Of a stretch of DNA of 64,000 nt, positions 38,796 through 49,109 are shown piece by piece. The notes beneath the pieces are model-generated. The model saw nothing but the letters and a program-made list of their open reading frames with translations. It did no database searches and was not told the origin of the DNA. Position 1 is the stretch's first letter; each line of letters starts with the position of its first letter. The stretch comes from an uncultured delta proteobacterium (GTDB taxonomy: Bacteria > Desulfobacterota > Binatia > Binatales > Binataceae): contig CAVRVY010000001.1 in NCBI GenBank assembly GCA_963724765.1, positions 512,001 to 576,000 of the forward strand, given 5' to 3'. Both the position numbers and the translations under genes were made by a program.

Positions 38796-40596
38796 GTGCG
38801 CGCTCCATCAGTCCGTCACGCAGTTTGCGCGTCGCTGCCTCGTTCAAGGTCCCGCCGGGTCTTATAACGACGCCGTACTGGGCGCGAGCCTGGCGCGCTG
38901 TGATATAGCCATCGCGCACATCCTCGAACACTTGCGGCGCAGGTCGAGTCAAAGGATCGCCGTATCCGCCACCGCCACCGGTAACCTCCTTGACCCGGTC
39001 GCCCAGTTGCAGAGTGGTAATGGGCTTGCGTGCGCCCCGCCAGCGTTTGCCGTTACTCAGCACTTCGAAATAGTTGCACGACCCCTGCCCGCCGCTATCG
39101 AGTCCCCAAGGCCGCTCGATCGAACGCCCGAAACTTGCCGACAGCAACGTATTGGGAGCCAGCATTTCGTACTCGCGCATCACACCAAAACCGCCACGGT
39201 GTCGGCCCGCACCCACGCCACCCTCGACGTTGAGCCCATAGTGCACCACCCTCAAGGGGAACTTGGCTTCGAGCAGTTCGAGGGAATAATTGAAGGTGTC
39301 CCCGTTCGTGATAGCGCTCACGACGCTCGCGCCGTCTCTCACGTCGGTCGCTCCCCAACCGACCATATTTGGTTCCACCAGCACGAATGTTTCACCAGCT
39401 ACGGGGTCATGACCCGCGAGGACGGTTACGCACAAGCTGTTTGCACTACCCGCACTGAACCGCCCGGGCATCAGACGCGCCAGCGCCTTCCAGGCCAGTT
39501 CGGAGGCTTGCCCCGTGCCCTCGTAGTACCAGCCGACCGGGGCGGGCGGTACGGCCGTGAATACCGTTCCCTCAGGCGCGACCACTTTCATCGGTTTGAA
39601 GTACCCCTCGTTGGAGGGCGCCCGTGGATCGACAAGTGCTTTGAAAACGGTTTTGACCGCTGAGAAAAGGCCACCAGAGGAACAATTCACGGGACCCATA
39701 AGTTGCGGGCAGCATTCGGAGAAATCGAACGTCATCTCGTCGCCCTCAATCCGCACTTGGACCTTGACCGGGAAGCGCTCGTTCCTGATCCCGTCACCAT
39801 CGATCCAGTCAGTCGCTTCGTAAACACCGTCGGGCAAGGCTGCGACCGCGGCGCGGCTCAGCTTCTCACTGGTCTCGATAATATGGCGGAACGCCTCGCG
39901 CACCGTGGCGCTGCCGTATTTCGCGCACAGCTCCTGCATCCTGCGATCCGCGATTCGTACCGACGCCAGTTCCGCGTTGAGATCGCCGAGCGACATCTTT
40001 GGCAGGCGCACGTTCGCCGCGATGGTCTCGAACATATCGTCCTGTCGTTCGCCCTCCTTGTAGAGCCGGACCCCGGTGAAGCGAATACCCTCCTGGTAAA
40101 TCTCGGTGGCGTCCGCCGGCAGTGAACCGGCCATCTTGCCGCCTATGTCCGTCCAATGCGCGATGGAGATCGCGAAACCCAGGAGTTCATCGTTCACGAA
40201 GGTTGGCTTGATTATGGCGACATCATTTAGATGTGTCCCACCCTCGTAAGGGTTGTTGCTCATGTAGATGTCTCCGGGGCGGATCTGACCGGCGTACTTG
40301 CGTCTCACTACATCGACATGCAGAGCGAACGTGCCTGTGAAGACAGTTATGCCGTTGGTTTGAGCGACGAGCTGCCCCTCCGGATCGCAGAAGCCGCAGG
40401 CGAAATCCAGCACCTCATAAATGACCGGGCTCATCGCCGTCCGCGCGAGGACGATACCCATCTCGTCAGCCAGCGCGAGCAGTTTGCCACGGATTATCTC
40501 TAGCGTGACGGTGTCTACTAGCCGTTGCCGAGCACGATATTGCTTTGCTGCTTCAGGGGCGGTTTCGAGCATGGTTGAAGTATCTTCGATATCCAT
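38776..40596 (-). CDS. Hydantoinase B/oxoprolinase family subunit (copy 2)
   Basis: SPVIYEVLDF, GTHLND, AHWTDIGG, GAGRHRGG, GGGGGYGDP. Confidence 0.95.
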   Translation of the reverse strand: MDIEDTSTMLETAPEAAKQYRARQRLVDTVTLEIIRGKLLALADEMGIVLARTAMSPVIYEVLDFACGFCDPEGQLVAQTNGITVFTGTFALHVDVVRRKYAGQIRPGDIYMSNNPYEGGTHLNDVAIIKPTFVNDELLGFAISIAHWTDIGGKMAGSLPADATEIYQEGIRFTGVRLYKEGERQDDMFETIAANVRLPKMSLGDLNAELASVRIADRRMQELCAKYGSATVREAFRHIIETSEKLSRAAVAALPDGVYEATDWIDGDGIRNERFPVKVQVRIEGDEMTFDFSECCPQLMGPVNCSSGGLFSAVKTVFKALVDPRAPSNEGYFKPMKVVAPEGTVFTAVPPAPVGWYYEGTGQASELAWKALARLMPGRFSAGSANSLCVTVLAGHDPVAGETFVLVEPNMVGWGATDVRDGASVVSAITNGDTFNYSLELLEAKFPLRVVHYGLNVEGGVGAGRHRGGFGVMREYEMLAPNTLLSASFGRSIERPWGLDSGGQGSCNYFEVLSNGKRWRGARKPITTLQLGDRVKEVTGGGGGYGDPLTRPAPQVFEDVRDGYITARQARAQYGVVIRPGGTLNEAATRKLRDGLMERARVAAGL

Positions 40597-40777
40597 TAGT
40601 CGGCTCCTTTAAGGGCACACCGATACTGTTCTCGCTGGTCCCTGACAACAGAGCTGTCCTATTAGCCCTTGCAACGGACTTCCGCGATACCGCTTTCCGC
40701 TTGTTCCCTACTTCCAGCGATTGCTAGTCGCTAAAGGCGGAGATTCCTGCGAGATTTCCGAGCTTCTCGAGCTGTTC

Positions 40778-42295
40778 CTACCGATGCAATTGTTCGAGCT
40801 TGCTCAGGTCGAACAGACGGTCCGTGTCAGCAGGCGTGAGTAGCGGATGTCCTCCTGCATATCCGGGAATGATGGTCGCGTGCTTACTTTGAACATCGGT
40901 CGCTACCACACCATTGAAATCCAGCGCCCGCACTCCTTTATTGTCGCGCACGAATAGCGTGGTATCCCCAGAAAACCTGTATTGCCAGATGTTTGTCTTC
41001 CAAAGGTGTTTAGCCTTGTCAAACGGAAAGTGATAGAGGCAATACGAGGTTTGCGTATCAATAAACATCAGTGCCGCGCTGTATGTATGGCGGTATTTCG
41101 GCTCTCGTAATATGACAGCGGTTTTCCGTAACCTGTACCAATCATCCGGGATAGTTCCCATTGGACCGTAATAGTGTTCGAAATCATGCTTGATCCCTAT
41201 AGTACCTAGTACGTCCTTGAAGCCCAGGAACGTCCATTTCCAGTCCAGAACTCGGGCGTTGAACCCCCAAAAATCATCAAGCGTGAAGTCCGTGCCCAAA
41301 AGTGAATCCGACTTCACCTCAGTGGAAATTCGGCGTACGCGTCGTAAAACGGGAAGATAGGCCCACGAGTCGTCCGCGCGATGCGGGTCGAGATACCGGA
41401 TCTGCACGAACGCAGTACCGCGAATATCGAAGGGCGAATAAAAGCCGTCCCATTCTTTGAACTCTATGTCTTTGGCGCCGGGCAGTGGCAGATATCCCTT
41501 TGTCGGGCTATCCATGAACTCCGCGATATGGCTGTATTGAAAAAGTTGAAAGATGCCTTCGATGACACGCTCTACGTTTCCGCCACCCCCGAAGTAATGT
41601 CCAATATCTGGGGGAGCATAGCCGGTCTGGTCGGCGGTGCTAACAAACCAGTCGGTAGGTGGTTGCGTGTGGTCCCAGGGAGAATGAGTACCGCCCGGGC
41701 GCACGAGCACCCATGCGTTGAGATTGCGCACACCCCAGGCCCGAGGTCTCCAGTTGTAGTTCCACGCATCTTTGAGACCAGCCGTGGAATCGTCCAAGCG
41801 GATCTGACTCAAGGGGAAGGGCTGGCCGCAGACGTAGTCGAGTAGTTCGCCGTCTGGACCCAATCTTGTCTGTGAACTGTACTTTTCAGTACAATTCATG
41901 TATGCCTGGCTCGGGTTTAGGTCCTCGGGCGGAGCGATCTGCATATGCAGATCAGGGAAGTTAAGCATCTCATAGAAACCAGGAGGTACAAAGGCGCGCA
42001 GCCTAACGATATCTTTCTGGGTAAGCGTATCGCCGGGTTTGAAGTCGGGTTTGGCGTCCTGGTATTGCTTTAGCCAGTCCGCATAGTTTTTGACTGTATA
42101 GGTCTTAAGTTGATCCGGGATTCCGTCTCCAGCGGGAGGAGGCGGCTGATCCTGGCCATAGGCGACGATTCCAGAGACGTAGATCGCTAAGACCGCTATG
42201 GGCAAACCCGCTATCGTCCGGCTCAACAGTCGCCCAAGTGCCACTCTAGTTGTTGACCAACGGCTCATATAGGGAACCTCGGCAATCTGATCCAT
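40778..42295 (-). CDS. DUF1329 / LolA-like periplasmic or outer-membrane-associated protein
   Basis: AAGGAG RBS before ATG 42295, signal peptide, GQPFP, PFDIRGT, WAYLPVLRRVRR, DDFWGF. Confidence 0.85.
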   Translation of the reverse strand: MDQIAEVPYMSRWSTTRVALGRLLSRTIAGLPIAVLAIYVSGIVAYGQDQPPPPAGDGIPDQLKTYTVKNYADWLKQYQDAKPDFKPGDTLTQKDIVRLRAFVPPGFYEMLNFPDLHMQIAPPEDLNPSQAYMNCTEKYSSQTRLGPDGELLDYVCGQPFPLSQIRLDDSTAGLKDAWNYNWRPRAWGVRNLNAWVLVRPGGTHSPWDHTQPPTDWFVSTADQTGYAPPDIGHYFGGGGNVERVIEGIFQLFQYSHIAEFMDSPTKGYLPLPGAKDIEFKEWDGFYSPFDIRGTAFVQIRYLDPHRADDSWAYLPVLRRVRRISTEVKSDSLLGTDFTLDDFWGFNARVLDWKWTFLGFKDVLGTIGIKHDFEHYYGPMGTIPDDWYRLRKTAVILREPKYRHTYSAALMFIDTQTSYCLYHFPFDKAKHLWKTNIWQYRFSGDTTLFVRDNKGVRALDFNGVVATDVQSKHATIIPGYAGGHPLLTPADTDRLFDLSKLEQLHR

Positions 42296-42448
42296 CGCTC
42301 TCTCCTTGCTAGGCGATACAAAAGTCTCCGGACAAACTCTGGAGTACCACTTTCTGTCGCTTGTTACTTCTCCCAGTTTCTCCATGAGCGCATTCCGTAC
42401 TGTCATGCGGACGGCCTCTGATTGAGCGGTGCACGCGGCATCCGGGAG

Positions 42449-43303
42449 CTATTTGGGGATCTCCGTCGCGTCGCGGATCTCGCTGAGGGTCGCGAACCAT
42501 CCTCCTTTCTCCGCAATGTACTCAATCAAACCTTCGAGCCGCGAAATCATGTGCGCTCTACCCATGGTCTGTGGATGAGTGGTAACGACGTAACAGGCGC
42601 CAGTTTCATTCTCGATCGCGTAGTCAAATATCGCTTTCCATCGATCGAAAATTCCGCCAACGGGATTCATCCCTTCCTGCTTGCCGGTGATGTATTCCTC
42701 TGGGGGAAAATCATCGAGATACCAGGACACCGGAATCTCAAGAACCTTGCTGGAGGCGCCGAAAACATTGGCCTTATCTGCATTTACTTCGACCCGCCGG
42801 ATCACGTAGGGGTGCAGATCGTTGCCCATCAGACTGCTGTCGGCGGAAAACCCGTTCTCTTCCAGGATCGACAGCGTATTGGGGCTGAAATCCCAGTACG
42901 GGGAACGGTACACCCGCGGCTTCACGCCGATCCGGGATAGTGCCTCCAGCCCCATCTGCATGACCTTGCGCTCTTCGGCCAGGCTCATGGGTGTGGGATT
43001 TTCGTGAACGTAACCATGGTGTCCGATCTCGTGCCCGGCGGCTACTATCTCCCGACAGAGTTCGGGCCACGTATCCACGGTATGACCTGGAATGCACCAC
43101 GAGGTCTTGATGTGATGCTTGTCGAACAGCTTGAGCAGGCGCGGGGTGGCGACCTCCGCACCGAACTCACCGCGCGCCATGTATGCCGGCGACGTCAGAT
43201 TGAATGAGCCTATCCAGATCGCCTGAGCGTCGAAGTCGCAGCCGATGTTAACTGCTATCTTTTTTCCTGCCGGGATTTTTACCTTGCCAGCTACCTGAGG
43301 CAT
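42449..43303 (-). CDS. Cytoplasmic CE4 / polysaccharide-deacetylase-fold hydrolase (HpPgdA/PuuE-like), copy 1
   Basis: DFD, RGEFG, HEIGHHGYVHE, YRSPYW, WYLDDFP, THPQ; no signal peptide. Confidence 0.9.
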   Translation of the reverse strand: MPQVAGKVKIPAGKKIAVNIGCDFDAQAIWIGSFNLTSPAYMARGEFGAEVATPRLLKLFDKHHIKTSWCIPGHTVDTWPELCREIVAAGHEIGHHGYVHENPTPMSLAEERKVMQMGLEALSRIGVKPRVYRSPYWDFSPNTLSILEENGFSADSSLMGNDLHPYVIRRVEVNADKANVFGASSKVLEIPVSWYLDDFPPEEYITGKQEGMNPVGGIFDRWKAIFDYAIENETGACYVVTTHPQTMGRAHMISRLEGLIEYIAEKGGWFATLSEIRDATEIPK

Positions 43304-43388
43304 CGAACCCCCCTCCCTTGCGGCTGATCGCTTGCTCGAAAGCTATCCGGGCTAAACTATCTAGCTAAACTTGTGCCACTTAGTACCG

Positions 43389-44315
43389 TCAGGCCTGCGT
43401 GTTCGGCACTTCCAATCCTCGCTTGCTCGAGATTCTCTTGTTCGACAGCTTTTCCGGCTTATAAGGCGGGTATTGATTGTACATGGGCGCTCTTCGGATA
43501 CGATCGTTGAAGGTGGTTGCGGCTCCGGTCTTGCGATTGTCGTATAGCGGATCGATGTCGACTGCTGCCGTAATGACCATCTGCTTGTTCGTTGTCGCCT
43601 CTGCCACGATGCCATTCGCATTCCAGGGCTGGTCGCAAGGGCTAAGGATCGAACTGCGACCGTAACCCGGCGGAAGTGGTGCGCCGGCGTTTCCGATCGT
43701 GCAGCAATGGACAAAGTAGATCTGATTCTCGATGCATCGCGACTGAGCGCAATGCCTGACGCGCCAGAAGCCCGCTTCTGAAAACGTGAATGACGGGCAA
43801 AGGATTATCTCGGCGCCATTGTAGGCCAGGATTCTGCAGACTTCGGGAATTTCCGCTTCGTAGCAGATCGCGACGCCCACTTTCGCGGGGCCGATATCCC
43901 AGACTTCCAGCGTATCGCCCTCGGTCGTCTGCCATTGCGACTCCGCTGGAAAAATATGGGTCTTTTTGTGGGTCAACTCGCGGCCCTCCGGCGTAAAGAG
44001 GTGCGCGACGTTGAAGTAGAGGTCGCCCTGCTTCTCAAGATGGGAACCGGCCAGCACAATTTGCTTGCGGCTCGTCGCGATTTGATGGAACAGTTCCCTG
44101 TAACGCGGGGTAAACTCGACTATACGTGTGAGATCCGCGACCGAGGATGCGTCTGGATAGACCGTCAAAAGGCCGACCGTAAACAGTTCGGGAAACAGCA
44201 CGTAGTCGCTGTCGCGCGGCACCTCCGCCATGGCCTGTTCGACTCGCGTCCGAAAATCGTCGAAGCCGCCGCGCGCAATCGGAAACTGACAAGCCGAAAT
44301 TTTCGCCGCACGCAT
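43389..44315 (-). CDS. Carbon-nitrogen hydrolase (nitrilase superfamily)
   Basis: Glu-Lys-Cys triad: FPELF, HKKTH, ICYEAE; AGGAG RBS before ATG 44315. Confidence 0.92.
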   Translation of the reverse strand: MRAAKISACQFPIARGGFDDFRTRVEQAMAEVPRDSDYVLFPELFTVGLLTVYPDASSVADLTRIVEFTPRYRELFHQIATSRKQIVLAGSHLEKQGDLYFNVAHLFTPEGRELTHKKTHIFPAESQWQTTEGDTLEVWDIGPAKVGVAICYEAEIPEVCRILAYNGAEIILCPSFTFSEAGFWRVRHCAQSRCIENQIYFVHCCTIGNAGAPLPPGYGRSSILSPCDQPWNANGIVAEATTNKQMVITAAVDIDPLYDNRKTGAATTFNDRIRRAPMYNQYPPYKPEKLSNKRISSKRGLEVPNTQA

Positions 44316-44369
44316 CGCATATCTCCTGAAAGCCGTTACTTCAGCTGACACGCCACAGCCGAGCTTCGC

Positions 44370-44580
44370 GAATTCGGGACGACAGCTTCCGAAGAGGAGG
44401 CAAGCTCCTCAACGAAACCTACCGGGTACAGTGCTGTGTAAAGCCCAACGGGACTCTGTCGTCCGGCTATACCCTTTCGGGGGAGGACCCTTCGGAGATA
44501 GCGCAGGGCTGCGTCGGGCGGCCGAAAGGTGCCTTCGCTACTGGGTTTGGGTCATCACCCCTTGGGGAAGGCAGACAAAA
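44370..44580 (-). promoter_or_regulatory. Candidate structured 5' leader RNA of the leftward operon (family not recognised)
   Basis: Dense hairpins, G-U pairs favouring the minus strand, and a mutually exclusive 9-bp pairing; see findings. Confidence 0.4.
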
Positions 44581-44922
44581 GTCGATTTAACACAGACGCG
44601 TTCCGAATGTAAAGGGGCGAGAAACAAATATTCTTCAGCGTAAACAGATCGCCCCTCGAATTGTTGTAAGAGCGCGGTCGCCAAACCGCCGAGAAAAACG
44701 CCATTAAGTCCACGAGTGCTTTGCATACAACGTTAAAACAAAATTCTTAGGAATTAACCCTGGAACGGCCATTACACAAGAACGATCCTGCGGACGCCGC
44801 GAACGCGAAATCTTCCGGGCGGCGAGATGTAGATAGAGAAGACAAGGCCGGCGTCCGGGGACCGTCCCGTGCCTTGCCGCGCTGAACACCTGTGAGGCAT
44901 ATTCCTGCTCGGCAATCTATTT

Positions 44923-45546
44923 ATGTCAAACAGAAAATCAGCGAGTCCCAGAGCCGCCGTACTTGAAGTCACTCTTCGAAAATATATCGGCCGCGCACTG
45001 CGCGACCATCGGCGCCAGCACGCCTTGACAATCAGTCAGGTGGCCGAGTTAGCGCGGATCAGTTCCGGGATGTTGAGTAAAATTGAGAACGGCCAGGTGG
45101 CGCCGACGCTCGACGTCATCGAGCGTACCAGCACGGCGCTTGGATTGACTCTCGGGCAGCTTTTCCAGAACTATGCTGTGCCGGATGGAAGTGCTCAGCA
45201 AGTAAAATCTGGCCAGGGCATGGAGGTGGTCCGAGTCGGCACCAAGCGGGGCCACACGTATCACTTGCTGGCTTACGGGCGCGGGCCGAGGAAGCTATTC
45301 GAACCGTTCCTCATCACGATGAACGATCAGAGCGAGGCCTTTCCTTCCTTTCAGCATGAAGGGACCGAGTTCATCTACATGCTGCAAGGAAAGATTGCCT
45401 ATCGGCACGGTCGCAATACGTACCGGCTTGAGCCAGGGGATGCGTTGACCTTTGCCGGCAACGTGCTTCACGGACCTGAACACCTGATCGAGGTGCCGAT
45501 CCGTTTTTTGTCGATAATCATGTACGGCGACAACAACGGCGAGTAA
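44923..45546 (+). CDS. XRE-family HTH regulator with cupin sensor domain
   Basis: SSGMLSKIENGQVAPTL HTH; FQHEGTEFIYML..GDAL.F..NVLHGP cupin. Confidence 0.93.
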   Translation: MSNRKSASPRAAVLEVTLRKYIGRALRDHRRQHALTISQVAELARISSGMLSKIENGQVAPTLDVIERTSTALGLTLGQLFQNYAVPDGSAQQVKSGQGMEVVRVGTKRGHTYHLLAYGRGPRKLFEPFLITMNDQSEAFPSFQHEGTEFIYMLQGKIAYRHGRNTYRLEPGDALTFAGNVLHGPEHLIEVPIRFLSIIMYGDNNGE

Positions 45547-45922
45547 CTCGTAACGATTGCCCCCTCCTTGCGCGGGCCGCGTGAGGACGCTGCCGCCGTG
45601 GAAATTTTGTCTTAAGCTGAGACTGCACAAGCAGCCTGGGAGTTCACCCAAGGGAACTTTCTGTTTCTGATAGGCATCGCCTCGAGTAGCCTGATCATCC
45701 TGCATTCCATGGTAGGCAACGGTTTGGAATGCCGCCCGCCAATCGCCGGGAGGTTTACAGATGGGAAAGTTTTTTTCTGAAACTTTACAAATTGAACCTC
45801 GCTGTGCTATCGGCAATTTGTCCGTTCGCGAACTTTCGGCTGAACGCGGTCGAGTAAGAGTTTGCTCAAGGCACCAGGTTTGTCGCTGAAATAACATCGC
45901 GTGGCGAATAGGAGATCCAAAA

Positions 45923-47029
45923 ATGTCAGACGGATTCACCAGGCTCACGCTCAGAGGCGAGCCGCGCGACATCGGCTATCAGCACGGAGTGCGTCTCGCC
46001 TCCGCGATCGCGGACAACGTGGAGGGCTACTTCACTTTGTTCAAGCACTACGCAGGCCTCGACAGACAAGCGGTGCTCGGCCGCGCCTCTGACTTCGTGG
46101 GCATAATCGGCGCGTTCGACGAAGATCTGATAGCCGAGCTCCGGGGCATCGCCGAGGGCTCCGGCAAATCGCTCGAGGAGATCGTGGCGCTCAACTCACG
46201 AACTGAGATCATGTTCAAGGAGGGCGCAAGCCTGCTCCATGGCGAGTGCACCTCGATGGCCGCCACGCCGGAGGCGACGCTTTCCCAGCACACCCTGATC
46301 GCACAGAACTGGGACTGGATGCCGCGCATCCAGCGCAACTGCGTGCTCCTCGACCTGGAGCGGCGCGGCAAACCGAGGGTGCTGACCTTCACTGAAGCCG
46401 GCTTCGTTGGAAAGATCGGCATGAACAACGCGGGGCTCGGCCTTTGCTGCAATCTGCTGGTCACCCCTCAGACGCGCCCGGGCATTCCGTTCCACATTCT
46501 ATGCCGCCGAATCCTTGATTCCTCGTCGATCGGCGAGGCCTTGGGTGTTTTGTTGACGAGCGAGAGCGGCGCGAGCGGAAATTTTCTCGTCGCACATGCC
46601 GAGGGTGAAGCGGTGGACATCGAAAAGACTCCGACCGGCACGGACTATCTATATGGAACGACCGGAGTACTGGCGCATACGAACCACTTCGAATCGCGGC
46701 TGATGGTCGAAGACCAGGGGCGCAAGCTTCTACCGGACAGCATTTTGCGCTATTGCCGCGCGGGTAAGCTTCTGGGCCGCTCCGTCGGTGAGGTCGACGT
46801 ATCCACGCTGCAATCCATACTGAGGGATCACGTTAATCGCCCCAGCTCGATCTGCCGGCACGCAGACCTGCGCGCGCATGAACTCGAGCGGCTGCAGACG
46901 AATGCCTCGATCGTGATGGATCTGAGTGATGGGGTGATGCTCATCTGCAAAGGGCAACCCTGCGAGGGGCAATATCAAATCGAAAAACTAAACGAAGGCG
47001 CCTTCGAACCGCAAATGCTGTCGCAGTGA
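45923..47029 (+). CDS. C45-family autoproteolytic Ntn hydrolase/acyltransferase
   Basis: GE-CTS autocleavage site, AQNWDW, KIGMNNAG, HTNHF. Confidence 0.9.
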   Translation: MSDGFTRLTLRGEPRDIGYQHGVRLASAIADNVEGYFTLFKHYAGLDRQAVLGRASDFVGIIGAFDEDLIAELRGIAEGSGKSLEEIVALNSRTEIMFKEGASLLHGECTSMAATPEATLSQHTLIAQNWDWMPRIQRNCVLLDLERRGKPRVLTFTEAGFVGKIGMNNAGLGLCCNLLVTPQTRPGIPFHILCRRILDSSSIGEALGVLLTSESGASGNFLVAHAEGEAVDIEKTPTGTDYLYGTTGVLAHTNHFESRLMVEDQGRKLLPDSILRYCRAGKLLGRSVGEVDVSTLQSILRDHVNRPSSICRHADLRAHELERLQTNASIVMDLSDGVMLICKGQPCEGQYQIEKLNEGAFEPQMLSQ

Positions 47030-47107
47030 ACAGAGCTTTTATGATCGAAAAAAGAACAGGCTGCTGAACGCAACCTGCAGCATGGGCCCACAAAAGGAGC
47101 TATTTAT

Positions 47108-47998
47108 ATGGCCATCACGATGCCCAAGGGCAAACGGTTCGCGGTTTGCTTCACCTTCGACGTGGATATCACCAGCTTGTGGTTGGGATGTTTCAAGTTC
47201 AGCACGATGAACCCGCTCTCGCGCGGCGAGTTCGGCGTGGAAGGGCTAAGGCGGATCTTAAATCTGCTCGACAAGCACGACATCAAGGGCACGTTCTACC
47301 TGCCAGGCCATACCGCGCTGCATCACCCGGCGGAAATGCGCGAAATCGCCGCGCGCGGCCACGAGATCGGCTCGCACGGCATGTACCATCAGCCCAAAGA
47401 AGTGGGGCTGCTGGGGACCAACACCACTCGCGAAGAAAAGCGCGGCTATCTGAAGCAGCAAATTGAAGCTATCGAGAAGGTTACCGGCGTGCGTCCAGTG
47501 GGCTTTCGATCGCCGATCGGCGATTACGGATCCGACATGCCAGAGCTGCTGGTGGAGGAAGGTTATCTCTACGACAGCTCCCTGCAGGGTAGCGACTTCG
47601 TACCCTATCGGCTGCGGGTGGGAGCCAGTTACCAGTCCGAGGAGCCCTATGACATCAACTGGGGCACGCCTTCGAGGATAGTCGAGATACCCTGGATGTG
47701 GGACCTCGACGACTTTCCGCATTTCGAGTTCATGTCTTACTACCTCGACCCCAACAACGGCTGGTACGGCCAAGCCCCGTTATCGAGCCCGGAAAAAGTC
47801 AAGGAGGTCTGGTTGGGCCACTTCGATTTCATGTATGAGAACATTCCAGGCGGGGTATATACCACCGCGCAACATCCGCAGTGTTCGGGACGCGGCATGC
47901 GCCTGAAGTGCTTCGAAGAAATGATCAATCACATGAATCGCCAAGACGTCTGGTTCACAACTCATCGGGCGATCGCGGAAAACTTTGTCGGCGACTAA
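47108..47998 (+). CDS. Cytoplasmic CE4 hydrolase (HpPgdA/PuuE-like), copy 2
   Basis: TFDVD, SRGEFG, HEIGSHGMYH, GFRSP, WDLDDFP, HPQ. Confidence 0.9.
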   Translation: MAITMPKGKRFAVCFTFDVDITSLWLGCFKFSTMNPLSRGEFGVEGLRRILNLLDKHDIKGTFYLPGHTALHHPAEMREIAARGHEIGSHGMYHQPKEVGLLGTNTTREEKRGYLKQQIEAIEKVTGVRPVGFRSPIGDYGSDMPELLVEEGYLYDSSLQGSDFVPYRLRVGASYQSEEPYDINWGTPSRIVEIPWMWDLDDFPHFEFMSYYLDPNNGWYGQAPLSSPEKVKEVWLGHFDFMYENIPGGVYTTAQHPQCSGRGMRLKCFEEMINHMNRQDVWFTTHRAIAENFVGD

Positions 47999-48061
47999 GG
48001 CCTATGTATCGGTGTAGTCATAGGTAGAGCAATACCTAAGAGCGAACCGAGGAGTCGAGCG

Positions 48062-49036
48062 ATGAAACGAGTTGCGAGAGATCCGGAGAAGTTTCGGTAC
48101 GTATTTAGTAACAAGTTCAGCCCTGTCCTTGAAGTCAAACCTGGCGAAGAGTTCGTGCTGGAGACCGAAGACGCCTTCGGCGGAAAGATAAGAAAGGCTA
48201 CCGATTTGCCGGTAGCCGATCTGCTCCCGGGACTTCATCGCATGCCGCCATATTTGAATCCTCTCGTAGGGCCTGTGTATATCGACGGCGCCGAGCGGGG
48301 TGACGTAATCGTCGTGGATATTCACGAGATCGAGCCTCAGGACCAGGGTGTTTCAGTAGTCATCAGCGGCTTTGGCCCCTTGGCGGATTCGGCCAGTTGG
48401 CCCGAGTGTCACGGGCCGCACACACGAGTCCTCAAGTACGAACGCGGCAGCAGCGGAAACTTCAGGGACGGCCGGGTTATCTTCAATGAGAGGCTGTCCT
48501 GGCCTATGTCCCCGTTCATGGGATGCATCGGAGTGGCCCCGGACTTTGAGGAGGTTTCGTCTTTGGTTGGGCCGTATGACGGGCAGGCGGTGGGTGGTTT
48601 CGGAGGCAATTGGGATTCGCGTGAGGTTAGGCAGGGAAACCGCATTTCTCTGCCGGTTTACAACAAAGGCGGATTACTCTATCTGGGCGACATGCATGCC
48701 TCGCAAGGTGATGCGGAATGGACTGGTGTGGCCGTGGAGACGCGGGGAGAATTGCGTGTGAGTTGCGAACTGGTGAAGAAAAAAACCATCCCTTATCCGC
48801 GGATCGAGACTCCGCGCTCAATTATACAGTTGAATAACGGCAGGCCCCTGGAGCGCTCTATCAGTCAGGCTTGGATTTGGATGATGGGTTGGCTGGTCGA
48901 TGAATACAGGTTTAGCAAAATTGACGCATATCAGTTTATATCGTGTTGTCCCGACGCGCGCATCAACGTCTATCAGATGATCCCCGAGAACTGGTACACG
49001 GTCGGAGTCGAAATACCCAAAGCATACCTCGGGTAG
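48062..49036 (+). CDS. Acetamidase/formamidase (FmdA/AmdA) family protein
   Basis: [41 protein letters not shown]. Confidence 0.92.
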   Translation: MKRVARDPEKFRYVFSNKFSPVLEVKPGEEFVLETEDAFGGKIRKATDLPVADLLPGLHRMPPYLNPLVGPVYIDGAERGDVIVVDIHEIEPQDQGVSVVISGFGPLADSASWPECHGPHTRVLKYERGSSGNFRDGRVIFNERLSWPMSPFMGCIGVAPDFEEVSSLVGPYDGQAVGGFGGNWDSREVRQGNRISLPVYNKGGLLYLGDMHASQGDAEWTGVAVETRGELRVSCELVKKKTIPYPRIETPRSIIQLNNGRPLERSISQAWIWMMGWLVDEYRFSKIDAYQFISCCPDARINVYQMIPENWYTVGVEIPKAYLG

Positions 49037-49109
49037 AACCGCGCACTTCGATGAGCGCCCCGGCGCCTCTTGCGATGAAAGCAAATCCGAAGCGAGGGTC
49101 GTACGAGCA

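Noticed and set aside
44400-44520. Assignment of the leader to guanidine-I/III, c-di-AMP, glycine or Moco riboswitch classes
   Set aside because: Only short partial matches; the required conserved cores or pseudoknot were not found by eye
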